Of a stretch of 64,000 nucleotides of DNA, positions 44,745 through 57,199 are shown piece after piece. Both the position numbers and the translations under genes were made by a program. This stretch comes from an uncultured Gemmatimonadaceae bacterium (lineage in GTDB: Bacteria > Gemmatimonadota > Gemmatimonadetes > Gemmatimonadales > Gemmatimonadaceae), in NCBI GenBank assembly GCA_963751275.1, contig CAVVTZ010000006.1, positions 12,365 through 76,364 of the forward strand, read 5' to 3'. The stretch's first letter is position 1; each line of letters begins with the position of its first letter. Under the pieces are notes generated by a model. That model did not search any database. It saw only the letters and a program-made list of their open reading frames with translations, and was not told where the DNA came from.

Positions 44745-46385
44745 CAGCAGCCCCTTGACGATCGCGTGCGCCTCCGAAACGACCGTCGCGAGGTGCGATT
44801 CTCCTCGGAAGCTTTCGGCGTAGATCTTGTAAATGTCCTCCGTCCCCGATGGCCGCGCCGCGAACCAGGCGGAGGCGGCGCTCACTTTCACGCCGCCGAT
44901 CGGCGCGCCGTTGCCAGGCGCCGTCGTGATGATATGCTCCACCTTTTCCCCCGCGAGCGTCGTGCACGCCACTTCCTGCGCGGTCACGGCGCCGAGGCGC
45001 TTCCGCTGCGCCGCGGTGGCGGGCGCCTCCACGCGGTCGTAGCGCGGATCGCCCAGTTCGCGCGCGAGCAATGCGTACAGCTCGCCCGGGTCGCGGCCCG
45101 CGTTCGCGGCGATCTCGGCGGCGAGCAGCGCGGCGACGATGCCGTCCTTGTCGGTGGTCCACACCGTGCCGTCGCGGCGGAGGAAGGTCGCCCCGGCGCT
45201 CTCCTCGCCCGCGAAGCCGAGCGATCCGTTGGCGAGACCTTCGACGAACCACTTGAAGCCCACCGGCACCTCGTAGAGGCGCCGTCCGCGCTTGGCCGCG
45301 ATGCGATCGATCGTCGAGCTGCTCACCACGCGTCTTCCCCACCCCGGCGTCGCGCTGCCAGTTCGGCCGCTGCGCGAACGAGATGATCGATCGCCACGGT
45401 GAGAAAATGATTCGGCGGCAGCAGGCCCGCGCCCGGCGTCACGATGCCGTGACGGTCCGCATCGGTGTCGCAGGCCGACGACGAGATCGTACGAGTCCTT
45501 GAGCGCGATGGCGCGCTGCATCGCGTAGGCCGACGATGGGTCCATCCGGATGCGACCGTCCCAGTCCAGCGTCATGAAGGCGAACCGTTCGTCTACGATC
45601 GTATTCACCACCGTGCAGTCCAGCCCGTACCGCTCCGCGATCGCGGGCCAGTAGTGCACGCTGGCGCCGCCGAGCGGATCGACGCCCAGCCGGATGCCGG
45701 CGTCGCGCACCGCATCGAGGTCGATCACGTGTTCGAGGTCGTTCACGTAGGCGGTGCGATAGTCGTGCCGGTGCGTGGTGGCGGCGCGTTGCGCCTTCGC
45801 GAGCGGCACGCGCTGCACCCCCTTGAGCGCCTCGACGAGATACTGATTCGCGCGCGCCTCGATCCACGCGGTGATGGTCGTGTCCGCCGGCCCGCCGCTG
45901 GGCGGATCGTACTTGAAGCCGCCATCCTCCGGCGGATTGTGCGACGGCGTCACGACGATCCCATCGGCGAAGCCGGCGCCGCGGCCGCGATTGAACGCGA
46001 TGATCGCATGCGATACCGCGGGCGTCGGCGTGAAGGCATCATCCGTCGCCAGCATCACGTCCACTGCGTTCGCCGCGAGCACCTCGAGCGCCGTGGCCGC
46101 CGCCGGCGCGGAGAGCGCGTGCGTGTCCACGCCAAGGAAGAGCGGCCCGCCAATGCCGCGATGGCGCCGATAGTCGCAGATCGCCTGCGTGATCGCGAGG
46201 ATGTGCCATTCATTGAACGAGCGCGCGAACGCCGTGCCCCGGTGCCCCGACGTGCCGAACGTCACGCGCTCCGCCGGCACGGCCGGATCGGGGATCTCCG
46301 CGAAGTACGCCGTCACGAGCTTCGCGACGTCCACGAGCTTCGCCGCGGGCGCGCGCTGTCCCGCCAGAGCGCTGACGCCGGTCAC
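44742..46385 (-). CDS. pgm: Phosphoglucomutase (local compensating frameshifts at about 45330-45475)
   Basis: FGTSGHRG, TPSHNPP, GEESAG, ARPSGTEDIYKIYAES; the DTDADR metal loop lies in the shifted frame. Confidence 0.93.
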   Translation of the reverse strand: MTGVSALAGQRAPAAKLVDVAKLVTAYFAEIPDPAVPAERVTFGTSGHRGTAFARSFNEWHILAITQAICDYRRHRGIGGPLFLGVDTHALSAPAAATALEVLAANAVDVMLATDDAFTPTPAVSHAIIAFNRGRGAGFADGIVVTPSHNPPEDGGFKYDPPSGGPADTTITAWIEARANQYLVEALKGVQRVPLAKAQRAATTHRHDYRTAYVNDLEHVIDLDAVRDAGIRLGVDPLGGASVHYWPAIAERYGLDCTVVNTIVDERFAFMTLDWDGRIRMDPSSAYAMQRAIALKDSYDLVVGLRHRCGPSRHRDAGRGPAAAESFSHRGDRSSRSRSGRTGSATPGWGRRVVSSSTIDRIAAKRGRRLYEVPVGFKWFVEGLANGSLGFAGEESAGATFLRRDGTVWTTDKDGIVAALLAAEIAANAGRDPGELYALLARELGDPRYDRVEAPATAAQRKRLGAVTAQEVACTTLAGEKVEHIITTAPGNGAPIGGVKVSAASAWFAARPSGTEDIYKIYAESFRGESHLATVVSEAHAIVKGLL

Positions 46386-49300
46386 GGCTTGGGCGCGCCC
46401 GAGCCGAGCACCGCGCGCACGCAATGCACGCCCTCGTCCTTCACGAGCGCGATCCCCGCCGCGCGGTCCACCGGCGCGCCGTCGAGCTCAAGGGTGCAAA
46501 TGCCGCGCGACGAGCCGTGCGGATTCTCCACCGCGATCTCGTAGCGCGCGGCACCCCAGAGCAGCGTCATCGAATACGCCGGCCACGCGCTCGGGATGCA
46601 CGGGTCGATCATCAGCCGCCCGCTCCGCACGCGCAGGCCGAGCATCCACTCGATGCCCGCGCGATAGAGCCAGCCGGCGGACCCGGTGTACCAGCTCCAG
46701 CCGCCGCGCCCCGAGTGCGGCGCGGCGTACACGTCGCCAGGCACGACGTACGGTTCGATGCGGTACCGCTCCACCTCCTGCGCGTTCGTCGTGCGCTTGA
46801 TGGGATTGAGCATCGCCATCAGCTCGGCGGCCTTGTCCCCGTTCCCCAGCTCGGCGAACGCGATCACCGACCATGCGGCGGCGTGGCAATATTCCCCGCC
46901 ATTCTCGCGCACACCCGGCACGTAGCCCTTGATGTAACCGGGCTCGAGCGCCGTGCGGTCGAATGGCGGCGCCAGCAGCAGGATCAGTTCTTCCTTCCGG
47001 TCCACCAGCCGCTCGTCCAGCGACTGCATCGCCAGCCGCGCGCGCTCGCGCGGCGCCGCGCCGGAGATCACGGACCACGACTGCGCGATCGAGTCGATCG
47101 CGCACGCATCGGCGCCGTTCGTGCCGAGCGGCGTGCCGTCGTCGAAGTAGGCGCGGCGGTACCACGTGCCGTCCCATCCCGCGCCTTCCACCGCCGACAT
47201 GAGGGCCGTCGTCGCCCCATTCCACGCCGCGGCGCGCGCCGTCTCTCCGCGCGCCAGCGCGACCGGAGTGAACTTCGCGAGCACATCGAGCAGGAACCAC
47301 GCCATCCACACGCTCTCCCCCGTTCCCCCGGCGCCCACGCGGCTCATGCCGTCGTTCCAGTCGCCCGTGCCCATGAGCGGCAGACCGTGACTGCCCACCT
47401 TGAGGCTCCGGTCGATCGCGCGCGCGCAATGCTCGAACAGCGTCGCCTGCTCCCCCGAGACCCGCGGTTCGAAGTAGGACTCCGACTGTCCGGAAGTGAG
47501 CAGCGGCCCCTCGATGAAGGGCACCTTCTCGTCGAGGATCGCATGGTCGCCGGTCACGCCCATGTAATGGTCGGTCACGTAGGGCATCCAGAGCAGATCG
47601 TCCACGATGCGCGTGCGCACGCCGCGTCCGGTGGGCTCGTGCCACCAGTGCTGCACGTCGCCCTCCACGAACTGCCGCGACGCCGCGCGCAGGATCTGCG
47701 CGCGCGTCAGGTCCGGCCGCCCCACCGCGAGCGCCATCACGTCCTGCAGCTGGTCGCGGAATCCGTACGCGCCGCTCGCCTGGTAGAACGCCGTGCGCGC
47801 CCAGACGCGGCTCGCGAGCGTCTGGTACAGCAGCCACTGGTTGAGCATCACGTCGAGCGCGCGGTCGGGCGTCTTCACCTCGACGGTCTTGAGCAGCTGC
47901 TGCCAGGCGTCCATCACCTGCTGCAGCCGCGCGTCGAGATCCTCGGATCTCCACCGCTCCACCAGCTCCCGCGCGCGCGCGTCGTTCCCGGCCTGCCCGA
48001 GGAAGAGGACCACCGTCGCGGTGGCCCCCGGCGCGATGTCCACCGCGGTCTGCAACGCGCCGCACGGATCGTACGTGGCGCCGGTGCGGCCCGAGAGCTT
48101 CTCCCGACGCGTGAGTGCGAGCGGGCGCGCCGGCGAGCCGTTGCGGCCCAGGAATTCCGTGCGATCGCCGGTGTGCGATGATTGCGCGCCGCGGAGATCG
48201 GCGAAGGCGACGCGCCCGCCGAAGTCCGTGCTCCACGTATTGCGCGCGAACATCGCGCCGCTCGCCGCATCGATCTCGGTGCTCACGAAGGGCGTGCTGC
48301 CGCCGCGCGAACTGCCCAGCACCCACTCGACGTACGCCGTCACCGAGAGCCGCCGCGCGCGCCCCGAGTGGTTCGTGAGCGTCAGCCGCGCGACCTTCAC
48401 CGGATCGTCGACCGGAACGAACTGCAGCAGCTCGAGCGAAATGCCGTGCGCGTCGTACTGGTGACGCGTGTAGCCGTGCCCGTGCCGCACGACGTACTCA
48501 CCGTTCGGCTCGCGCACCGGCAGCGGCGTCGCGCTCCACACGTCGCCCGAGTCGTCATCGCGCACGTAGAACATGTCGCTCGGCGGATCGGACACCGGGT
48601 CGTTCGACCACGCCGTGAGCTGGTTCGCCTGGCTGTTCCCCCACCAGGTGCAGCCCGACCCCGACTCGGAGACGAGCCCGCCGAACTCCGCGTTCGCGAG
48701 CACGTTGATCCACGGCGCGGGGGTCCATTCGCCGGGCTTGAGCGCGACGACATACTCGCGCCCGCCGGCGGCGAATCCACCCATGCCGTTCGGGAATTCG
48801 AGGTCCAGCGCGGGGGCGGGCGCGCGCGGCGCGGCAGGGATCTCCGGCGCTCCTTCCTCGACCGGCGCGAGCGCCGCCAGCGCGCGCGCCGAACTCACCG
48901 GCGCGCCGTCCGCGCGGTAGCCGCGCTGCACCTGCTCCGCGAGCGTGCCGCGCCGGCTCGACAGCTCCACGCGCGCCACGCTCTCGAGCAGGTCCCGCTG
49001 CACCGCGGTCAGCTGGTCGGAGCGCATCGTGTAGATGCGTCCCTCGACCGCCGCGGCGTCGGGGCGCGACGTCGAGAGGCTCGTGCGCACCAGCATCTCG
49101 AGCAGCGTCTGCAAGTCCTGCAGGTACGACGGCGCACGGTCGTTCAGGATCACGAGGTCCACCGCGAGCCGCTTCAGACGCCAGTACGCGTGCGCGCGCA
49201 GCAGCTGCCGCACGATGCCGACATCGTCGGGGTCGTCGATCTTCACGAGCACGATCGGCAGATCGCCCGAGATGCTGTGCACCCAGAGCGAGGCGACCGA

Positions 49301-52300
49301 TCCGGTGCGGCGCGCGAGGACCGCGGCCGACGCGCTCAGCGCACGGTCGGCGTAGAGGATCGATCCCGCGAGCGTCTGGAAGAGATGCGGCTTCCGCCGC
49401 ATCGATCCCCAGGTGATGGAGCTGCACCTGCGCCTGCGTCCAGGCGAGCGTGGCCGCGCGCTCGAAGGTCGTGACGTCGTGATACTTGTCGGCGAGATCC
49501 AGCGCCTCGCTCCGCGTCGCCGAGACGAGCGTGGAGAAGGCGACGTGCACGGTTTTCCCCGGGCGGATGCGCACGCGCCGGCGCAGGCTCACCACCGGAT
49601 CGAGCACCGCGCCCACGGTGTTCGACAGGTCGCGCCCCTCCGTTTCCGCGAGCGCCGACCGCGCGCGATGCCCGCGGCCGAGGAACTGCGCGCGGTCGGT
49701 CTCCCATTGGAGATCGCCCACCGTCTCGCCCTCCACCGCCATCACGTGCGCGAGCCAGATCTCGCGCTCCTCCGGCGATCGCGGCCGGCGGGCCGCGAGC
49801 AGGGTGTCGAGCTCCGGCACGACCTCGGTCTGGATGAACAGGTTGGAGAACGCCGGGTGCGCGTTGTCCGACGCCGCCGGCGCGAGCACGATCTCCGCGT
49901 ACGACGTGACGTCGATCTCGCGCGCGCGCGCGCCGGTGTTCGTGATCGAGACCCGCCGCACCTCGGCGTTGTCCTCGCTCGACACGATCACTTCGAGGCG
50001 CGTCGCGATCGCGCCGTCGCGCCGCGTGAACTCGGCGCGGTCCTCGGTGAAGGACACGTCGTACGTCTCGGGCGCCGCCCCGGTGGGCTGGAAGCCCGCC
50101 GACCACCGCTCGCCGCTCGCGGCATCGCGCAGGAAGATGAACGAGCCCATGTCGTCGCTCGTCACGTCGGGACGCCACCGCGTGACCGCGAGATCGCGCC
50201 AGCGGCTGTAGCCGGAGCCGGCGGCGGTGATCATCACCGCGTAGCGCCCGTTCGAGAGGAGCTGCGTGCGCGGCGCCGCGGTCTGCGGCGTGTTGAAGTG
50301 CCGCGTGCGCGGCGACACCAGTTCGCGCACATCCGCCACCGACAGCGCCGCATCCACGCGCGGACGCGCCACCGGCACGTCGCGCGGCGTGCGCTCCTGC
50401 AGCAGCAACTCGGTGGCCCGCACCATCGGCTCGGCGTGGAACCGGTCCTGCATCACGCCGCCGTGCACCGCGTTCCCGATCGCGACGATCGTCATCCCGT
50501 GATGGTGCGCCATGTACGCGCGCACGACCTCGCGCGAGACGCCTTCCGGGAGCCGCGCCGGCGTGTAGTCGATCGACTCGTAGAAGCCGTACGCGCCGTC
50601 GGCGCCCTGCCGCGCGATCGCCTCGAGATTGCGCCGCGCCGCGACGGGGTCGAAGATCGCGGCGAGCGCGCTGGCGTACGGCGCGATCACGATGTCCTCG
50701 GCGAGCCCGCGGCGCAGGCCGAGCCCCGGGATGCCGAAGGTGGAATACTGGAAACTCATCGTGACGTCGCGCGCGAAGTACGCCGACTCCGAGATCCCCC
50801 ACGGTACGCCGCGCTCCCCGCCGTACTCGATCTGCCGCTGCACCACCAGGCGGCACGTCTGCTCGAGCAGGCTGCCCATCGGCGTGCGCATGATCAGCGC
50901 GGGCATGAGGTATTCGAACATCGAGCCCGCCCACGACATGAGCACCGAGTCGCGGTGCATCGGCGTGAGCAGCCGGCCGAGGCGGAACCAGTGGCGCGCC
51001 GGCACATCGCCCTTGGCGATGGCGACGAAGCTCAGCAGCCGCGCCTCGGAGGCGAGCATGTCGTAGCGGCTGTCGTCCAGCGCCCGGTCGGTCATCCGGT
51101 AACCGATGGAGAAGAGCATCCGCGACGGATCGAAGAGGAAGCCGAAGTCCATTGCCGCGACCAGGGCGCGCGCCGCGGCCGCCATTTCCGTGAGGCGCGC
51201 GGCGACGGCCATCGCCGCGGCAGCGGAGCGTTCGAGCGACGTGGCGAGCGCGTCGATGCTCCGCAGCCGCGCGGCATCCGCGTCGCCGCCGGCCACCAGC
51301 AGCTCGCGCGCCGCGGCGAGATCCGCGAGGGCCTCCCCGCACTTGCCGGGCAACTCGGCCAGCGTGGTCCCGGGGGTGAAGCGCGCCATGATCGGCACGG
51401 CCGCCTCGTCCAGGCGCAGCCGGCACCAGGGCATGAGATCGTCGAGGTCGCGATCGTGCGTCTCGACGGCGGCGCGCAGCGCGGCGGCGCGCGCCGTCAC
51501 GGTGATCGGCGACGTGTCCGCATCCGCCGGCGCGAGATCGCGCGCGCGGTCCGACACCGCGCGCGCCGCGGCATCCAGCTCGGTGAGCCGCGCCGCGCGC
51601 GCGAAGATCGTCGCGGGCTCGTCGGCGACGATCGTGCGCACCACGTCGAGCGCGTCCTCGAGGCGGTCCGCCGACTCGGCCGCGCCCGCGGCGTCATCGC
51701 GGGCCGCCGCGGCGTCGGCGGCGAGCAGCACCGCATCGGCGATGCCGGCGTGGATCACGCGCGTGCGCGAGCCGTCCCGCAGCATCCCCTCGCACGCGTT
51801 CGCGAGCGTGATGAGCGATCCCGCGAGATTGCCGCTGTCCACCGACGAGACGTAGCGCGGCTCGAGCGGCCGGCCGTCCGTCGTATCGTACCAGTTGTAG
51901 AGATGGCCGCGATGTTTCTCCAGCGCCTGCATCTCGGCGAGCGTGGCATCCAGGCGGTCGATCGCGTCGAGCGTGCCGAGCCAGCCGAAATCCCGCGCCG
52001 ACAGCGTCGCGAGCAGGTACAGCCCGATGTTCGTGGGCGACGTCCGGTGCGCCACCTGCGGATGCGGCGTCTCCTGGAAATTGTCCGGCGGCAGCGCGTG
52101 GCTCCCCTCGGTCACGAACGTCGCGAAGTAATCCCACGTGCGCCGGGCGATCAGCCGCAGCGCCAGCGCATCGGCGGCCGACAGCGGGCCGCTCGCGTTC
52201 TCCACGGCCGGCCGGCTGAGCCACCACGCCACGGCCGGACCGCAGAGCCAGAGCACGAGGAAGGGCGCGGCGAGCGGCATCGATTCCGGGCGGACGAGCA

Positions 52301-55149
52301 TCACGGCCGCCGCCGCCGCCAGAGTGATGGCCACCGAGCCCGCCATCCGGCGATAGAAGTTCACGAGGTCCCGCGGTGCGCGCGCCGCCGCGTGGCCGGA
52401 GGTGCGCCATTCGAGCAGGCGCTTGTGCGTCACGGCGAGGCGCCAGAGCGTACGCGCGATCGCGTGCGCCATCACCCAGGCGCTGTTCGCGATGGTCGTG
52501 AGCACGAGACTGATCTGGTCGGTCGCGTCGCCGAAGTCGCGCATCACCGCGCGGATGTGGCTGCGCTTGGAGATCCCCGCCATCCGCGGCCAGATGCCGC
52601 TCACCGCGGGGATGAGCGGCGGCACGGCGGCCACCACGAGCACGAAGAGCGTCCAGACCGCGGGCATCGCGCCGCCGAGCAGCCACGCGGCCAGCAGCGT
52701 GAGGAAGGCCGCCGGCATGCTCATCGTGCGGCGGAGGTTGTCGATCATCTTCCAGCGATGGATCGCCGGAAAATGCTCGCGCAGGATCCATGGCAGCAGC
52801 TGCCAGTCGCCGCGCGCCCACCGGTATTGGCGCGACGCGGCGGACAGATAGTTCGCGGGCGCGCTCTCGAAGAGTTCGACATCGGTGACGAGACCGGCGC
52901 GCGCGAACAAGCCCTCGAACAGATCGTGACTGAGCAGCGTGTTGTCGGGAACGCGGCCCGCCATGGCGGCCTCGAACGCGTCCACATCGTAGATCCCCTT
53001 CCCCGTGTACGATCCTTCGGCGAAGAGATCCTGGTACACGTCGGACACCGCCGCCGCGTAGGGATCGATCCCCGAAGCGCCCGACGTCATCCGCTGGAAC
53101 CGGGATCCGCCGCGTCCCGGCAGGGGCGCCGTCACGCGCGGCTGCAGCACCGCGTAGCCCTCCACCACGCGGCGAGTGGCGTCATCCAGCCGCGGGCGGT
53201 TGAGCGGATGGCGCATCGTGCCAACGAGGCGCGCCACCGCGCCGAGCGGGATGCGTGTGTCCGCGTCCAGCGTGATGACGTAGCGGACGCTGCCGGGCAG
53301 CGGGGCGTCGGGCGGGAGAAAAGTCGTGTCCGTCGCGCCACGCAGCAGCCGGTTGAGCTCGTGGAGCTTGCCGCGCTTCCGCTCCCACGCGATGAACGCG
53401 TTCTCGCTCGGGTTCCAGAGGCGCCGCCGGTGCACGAAGAAGAAGCGCATGCCGCCGCTGGGCGGTGCGCCGTGCCGCGCGTTCAGCTGCGCGATGCCGG
53501 CGCTCGCCGCGGCGAGAATCGCGTCGTCGCCGTCCATCTCCGCCTTGGGTGCGTCGCTGAAATCCGAGATCAGCGCGAAGTGCACATGGCCCTCGGGATT
53601 CGCGAGGTAGTGCACCTCCAGGCGTTCGATCTGCTCTTCCACGTCGCGCACCGACGTGAACAGCGTGGGCACCGCCACGAGCGTGCGGCACTCGGCGGGC
53701 ACGCCCGACTTCCACTGGAGCCGCGGCAGCAGCGCCGGCAGGATGACCGTCGTGACGAAGCGATTGAGGATCGCGAGCGCGAGATCCGACGCGGGGACGA
53801 GCGCGAGGGCGCCCATCACGATCAGCCCGGTCGCGGTGAGCCCGGTGGCGGCCGCGAGACCGAGCGGCGCGGCAAGGATCGCGAGCGTGAGCAGCGCGAG
53901 CGTGCCCAGGTAGCCCGGCGTGGCCGCGGCGCGGAACGCGCGCCCAAGTCGGAGACGGAGTGGCGCGCGGAAGTGGACCTGCTGCTCGAATGCGCGCCGG
54001 CCCCCGCCAATGAGATAGTAGCCGGGGTCGGCGCGCCGCGGATCGGCGGGCGGCGGCATCGCGCGCGCGTGCGCGGCCGCCTCGAGCGCCGCGCGCGCGA
54101 TCTCGAGCTCCGTGTGCCGGGATCCGCGCGCGAGACTCTCGATCGCGTGGCGGTAGCTGTCGCGGCTGTTGAAGTCCATCTCGGCGAAGTCGCTCGCGTC
54201 GCACAGCGCCTCGTCCACGAGGCTCACGCTCTCGAAGAACGCCGTCCAGTCGAGCGCGGACATGAGCCGCATGCTGACGATGATGTTCCGCACCGTGACC
54301 GTCATTGCCGCCTGGCGGCGGTGCTCCACCAGCGCGATCTCGTCGGCGGTGGTCCCCTGCGCGGCGAGGCGCTCGTTCAGCCAGACGAGCGCGGGCGTGA
54401 CCGCCGGATCGCGGTCGCGCAGCCGCTGCACCAGCTCCACGGCGAACGCCGTGACGAGCCGCGGGCTCTCGTCGCGCGACATGACCTCGGCCACCGAGGT
54501 GACGCCGCGCGCGCTGAGGCCGAGCAGTTCATCGGCCAGCGCGTCGGCCTGCATGCCGCGCCTCGCGCGACCGCGCGATGGCGTCGGCCACGCGGCGGAG
54601 ATTCTCGACGAGCACCACGCGCAGCGAGATCGTGACCGCCCAGAGCTCGCCGATCGTGAGCGGCTGCACTTTCTGGTAGGCGCGCACGAAGCGGCGCAGC
54701 AGTTCCGGATCGAAGCGGCTGTCGGTGTGCGCGACGAAGGCCCACGCGATGCCGTAGACGCGCGGATAGCCGGCGAGCGGGCCGTCGGCGAGCGCGGGGA
54801 GTTCCTTGTAGAAGCTGGGCGGCAGGTCGGCGCGGATCTCGCGCAGCTGCTCATCGACGACGAAGAAGTTGTCGAGCAGCCACTCCGCGGCCGGCGTGAT
54901 CCAGCGCTCCTCGCGGATCGCCTCGGCGAGCAGGCGATTGACGCGGCGGAGCACGCGGCCGTTCTCGTCCACCCGCGGCAGCAGCGGCTGCCGCGGCTCC
55001 GTTCCCGACGTGACGATCTGTGCCGCGGCCAGCGATTCAGCGTGCTGCTCGAGACGCTCGGCACTGAAGAGCTCAGAGCGGATCGGTTCGTCGAGCGGGG
55101 GAAGCGACGGAAAGAAAAGCGGGATGGACGGGACGCGCACGAGCGACAC
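46382..55149 (-). CDS. ndvB: Cyclic beta-1,2-glucan synthase (Cgs/NdvB) with C-terminal GH94 region; frameshifts near 54550 and 49390
   Basis: EWLLDNF, WERKRGKL, TLDAD, LLSHDLFEG, RWARGDWQ, RTSPTNIG, SEARL, GFRDQLQD, GDWNDG, RENGG; about 2900 aa joined. Confidence 0.92.
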
Positions 55150-55235
55150 TCCATTTACGAGCTGCTCCGTTGAAGACTAGCGACGGCGGAGAGGTCGTGG
55201 CACCCCTCCGCCGCGGGCGAATCTCGAACCGCGTC

Positions 55236-55371
55236 TTGGTCCCCGAACTCCGCCATTCGCCATTGACGTGTGGTACGAGCGACGACGTTGCTGGTAGATG
55301 TTACGGCAACGCCAAGTACGCCCGAGCCGTTACCACACGTCAATGGCCAATGGCGGAGTTCGGGGGACCAA
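55236..55371. repeat. Long hairpin upstream of cgs
   Basis: ttggtccccgaactccgccatt..cattgacgtgtggta / taccacacgtcaatg..aatggcggagttcgggggaccaa. Confidence 0.88.
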
Positions 55372-55379
55372 ATACGCAG

Positions 55380-55859
55380 TTATGTCAGTAGTCCGTCGAG
55401 CGCCGCGTAACTCTCATTCATGCCGTTCTCCATGCCCGAGTCCAGCATGCCGTTGCGGTCCTCGGGGGTGAGGAAGAGCGAGACGCACACGAGCCGGGTG
55501 CGGTCGCCGCCCAGATCGAGGAAGTCCGAGGTCTGGAGCGCGACGTGCGTCGGCATGCCGTCCCATTCGAACGTCTGCACGAGACGCTCGGGCGCGCGGA
55601 TCTCGCCGAATCGCCCCTCGAAACCGTGCGCGCCATCCGGCGCGTGCTCCACGAAGCGCCAGTGCCCGCCGTTCTTGAGATCGAACTTCTCCACCACGAC
55701 ATGGTTTCCCCGCCCCCACCACTGCGCGATCAGGTGCGGTTCCGTCATCGCCTGCCAAACGCGCTCGCGCGGCGCGTTGAAATCCCGCTCGACGCGCACC
55801 GTGCGATCGGTGGGCGTGCTGAGTTCTGCCTTCATGGTCGCGGACATAACAGCCTCCAT
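55380..55859 (-). CDS. SRPBCC (AHSA1-like) protein
   Basis: RDFNAPRERVWQAMTEP, RLVQTFEW, SGMENGMNESYAALD. Confidence 0.9.
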   Translation of the reverse strand: MEAVMSATMKAELSTPTDRTVRVERDFNAPRERVWQAMTEPHLIAQWWGRGNHVVVEKFDLKNGGHWRFVEHAPDGAHGFEGRFGEIRAPERLVQTFEWDGMPTHVALQTSDFLDLGGDRTRLVCVSLFLTPEDRNGMLDSGMENGMNESYAALDGLLT

Positions 55860-55907
55860 GTGGATCCGAGAACTGTTATACCCCCGAACGCCGATTCGTC
55901 CCCGCGT

Positions 55908-56798
55908 TCAGCGGTCGAGTTCCTGAGCGAGCGGCGCGATCGACGCCCGCGCCCCGCTGGATGCCCCGGTCAGCAGTTCAGCCCACATCGCGCTCCAGAT
56001 CGCGCGGAGCCGCTCGAGCTCGGCCTCGGTCACCGGACCCGAGGCCCGCCCGGCGCGGAATGCATCGACCGCGCGCGCCGCGCCCATCACGACACCGCGA
56101 ATGAAGGCGCTGTCCCGCGCGGACCGGCCGGTCCCGGCCTCGATCAACGCCGTGAAGTATCCTGCGCTCCCCGTCGCGAGCGACATCGCGCGGCCCGCCG
56201 ACGCATCCACATCCGCCGGCGCCGCGAGACCCGCGCGCGCGAATGGCAACGCCCAGTTGTCGGCCACCCATGGGCCGGCCGGATTGTCGAGCCACACCCA
56301 GGCGTGCAGCATCGCGAGGCGCGCGCCGGCCATCCCTCCATGCGACTCGGACATGGGACCAGTCACGCGCGCCTCTTCCTCCATCGTGGAGTGATGGCCG
56401 TGCCACGCCTCGGTCGATGGAAAATCCGGCGGCTCTTCGCCGGCGAGCAGCGGCAGCGCGTACGCGACGCCGACGAGCGTCGGGTGGCCGTCGATCGTTG
56501 CGTATTCGAGCACGGCCGGATGCGCCGCGTCGAAATCGCGCGCGAACACGCGCACCATGCTGATCCAGTGCTCGCCCATCCCGGGGAAATCCGGCCCCAT
56601 GATCGCGTATCCATCGGCGATGGCTGCGCGTTGGTCCCGATACTTCACCGTGCTGCTCCTCGCGACCGCGAGGAAACGGGAAAGGCTGTCCGCGCCGTGG
56701 CCGGAAGGGCGCGTCTCCTGCGCGACCGTGCGGCTTCCGAACGTGACGAACGCGAGGATCGCCGACACGGGCAGCGCCCGGACCGCCCGCGCGATCAT
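55908..56798 (-). CDS. Secreted hypothetical protein with His-containing motifs
   Basis: Signal peptide; GMGEHW, WHGHH, MLHAWVW.DNP. Confidence 0.72.
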   Translation of the reverse strand: MIARAVRALPVSAILAFVTFGSRTVAQETRPSGHGADSLSRFLAVARSSTVKYRDQRAAIADGYAIMGPDFPGMGEHWISMVRVFARDFDAAHPAVLEYATIDGHPTLVGVAYALPLLAGEEPPDFPSTEAWHGHHSTMEEEARVTGPMSESHGGMAGARLAMLHAWVWLDNPAGPWVADNWALPFARAGLAAPADVDASAGRAMSLATGSAGYFTALIEAGTGRSARDSAFIRGVVMGAARAVDAFRAGRASGPVTEAELERLRAIWSAMWAELLTGASSGARASIAPLAQELDR

Positions 56799-57199
56799 GG
56801 TTCGGCGACCACGATCTCGTTCTGGTGATGCGCGGCGAGCAACTGCGCTTCGATCGCCGGGCTGAGGCCCTGGGGGAAACGGCTCAGCTTCGCGAGCGCG
56901 GCGCGGGTCTGGGTGCTAGGGGACCTGCCGCCCTTGATGGTCTCGGAGACATCGTCGAATGAGGCGTACGAGATCACCGAGTACGGTATGAGCACGACCT
57001 GGCCCTGATTCAGCACCACGATGCCGGTGTCACGCATGGCGAGCAACTCCGCATCCATGGTGCCGTGTGCCAACTCGATGGTGGCCGACACACCCGCCGG
57101 TTGCTGCGCGGGCCCGAAGCTCTGCGTGCTCGGCCCGAAGTGGCAGCCTGACAGCGTGAGCGCCGCGACCGCGGCCGCGAGAAGTCTGTTCCCGGGCAT
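56795..57199 (-). CDS. Hypothetical lipoprotein
   Basis: MPGNRLLAAAVAALTLSGC lipobox; overlapping start/stop codons with both neighbours. Confidence 0.72.
   Translation of the reverse strand: MPGNRLLAAAVAALTLSGCHFGPSTQSFGPAQQPAGVSATIELAHGTMDAELLAMRDTGIVVLNQGQVVLIPYSVISYASFDDVSETIKGGRSPSTQTRAALAKLSRFPQGLSPAIEAQLLAAHHQNEIVVAEP

Noticed and set aside
49413..54635. 1740-aa plus-strand ORF
   Set aside because: Antisense shadow of cgs in high-GC DNA; Arg-rich with no motifs.
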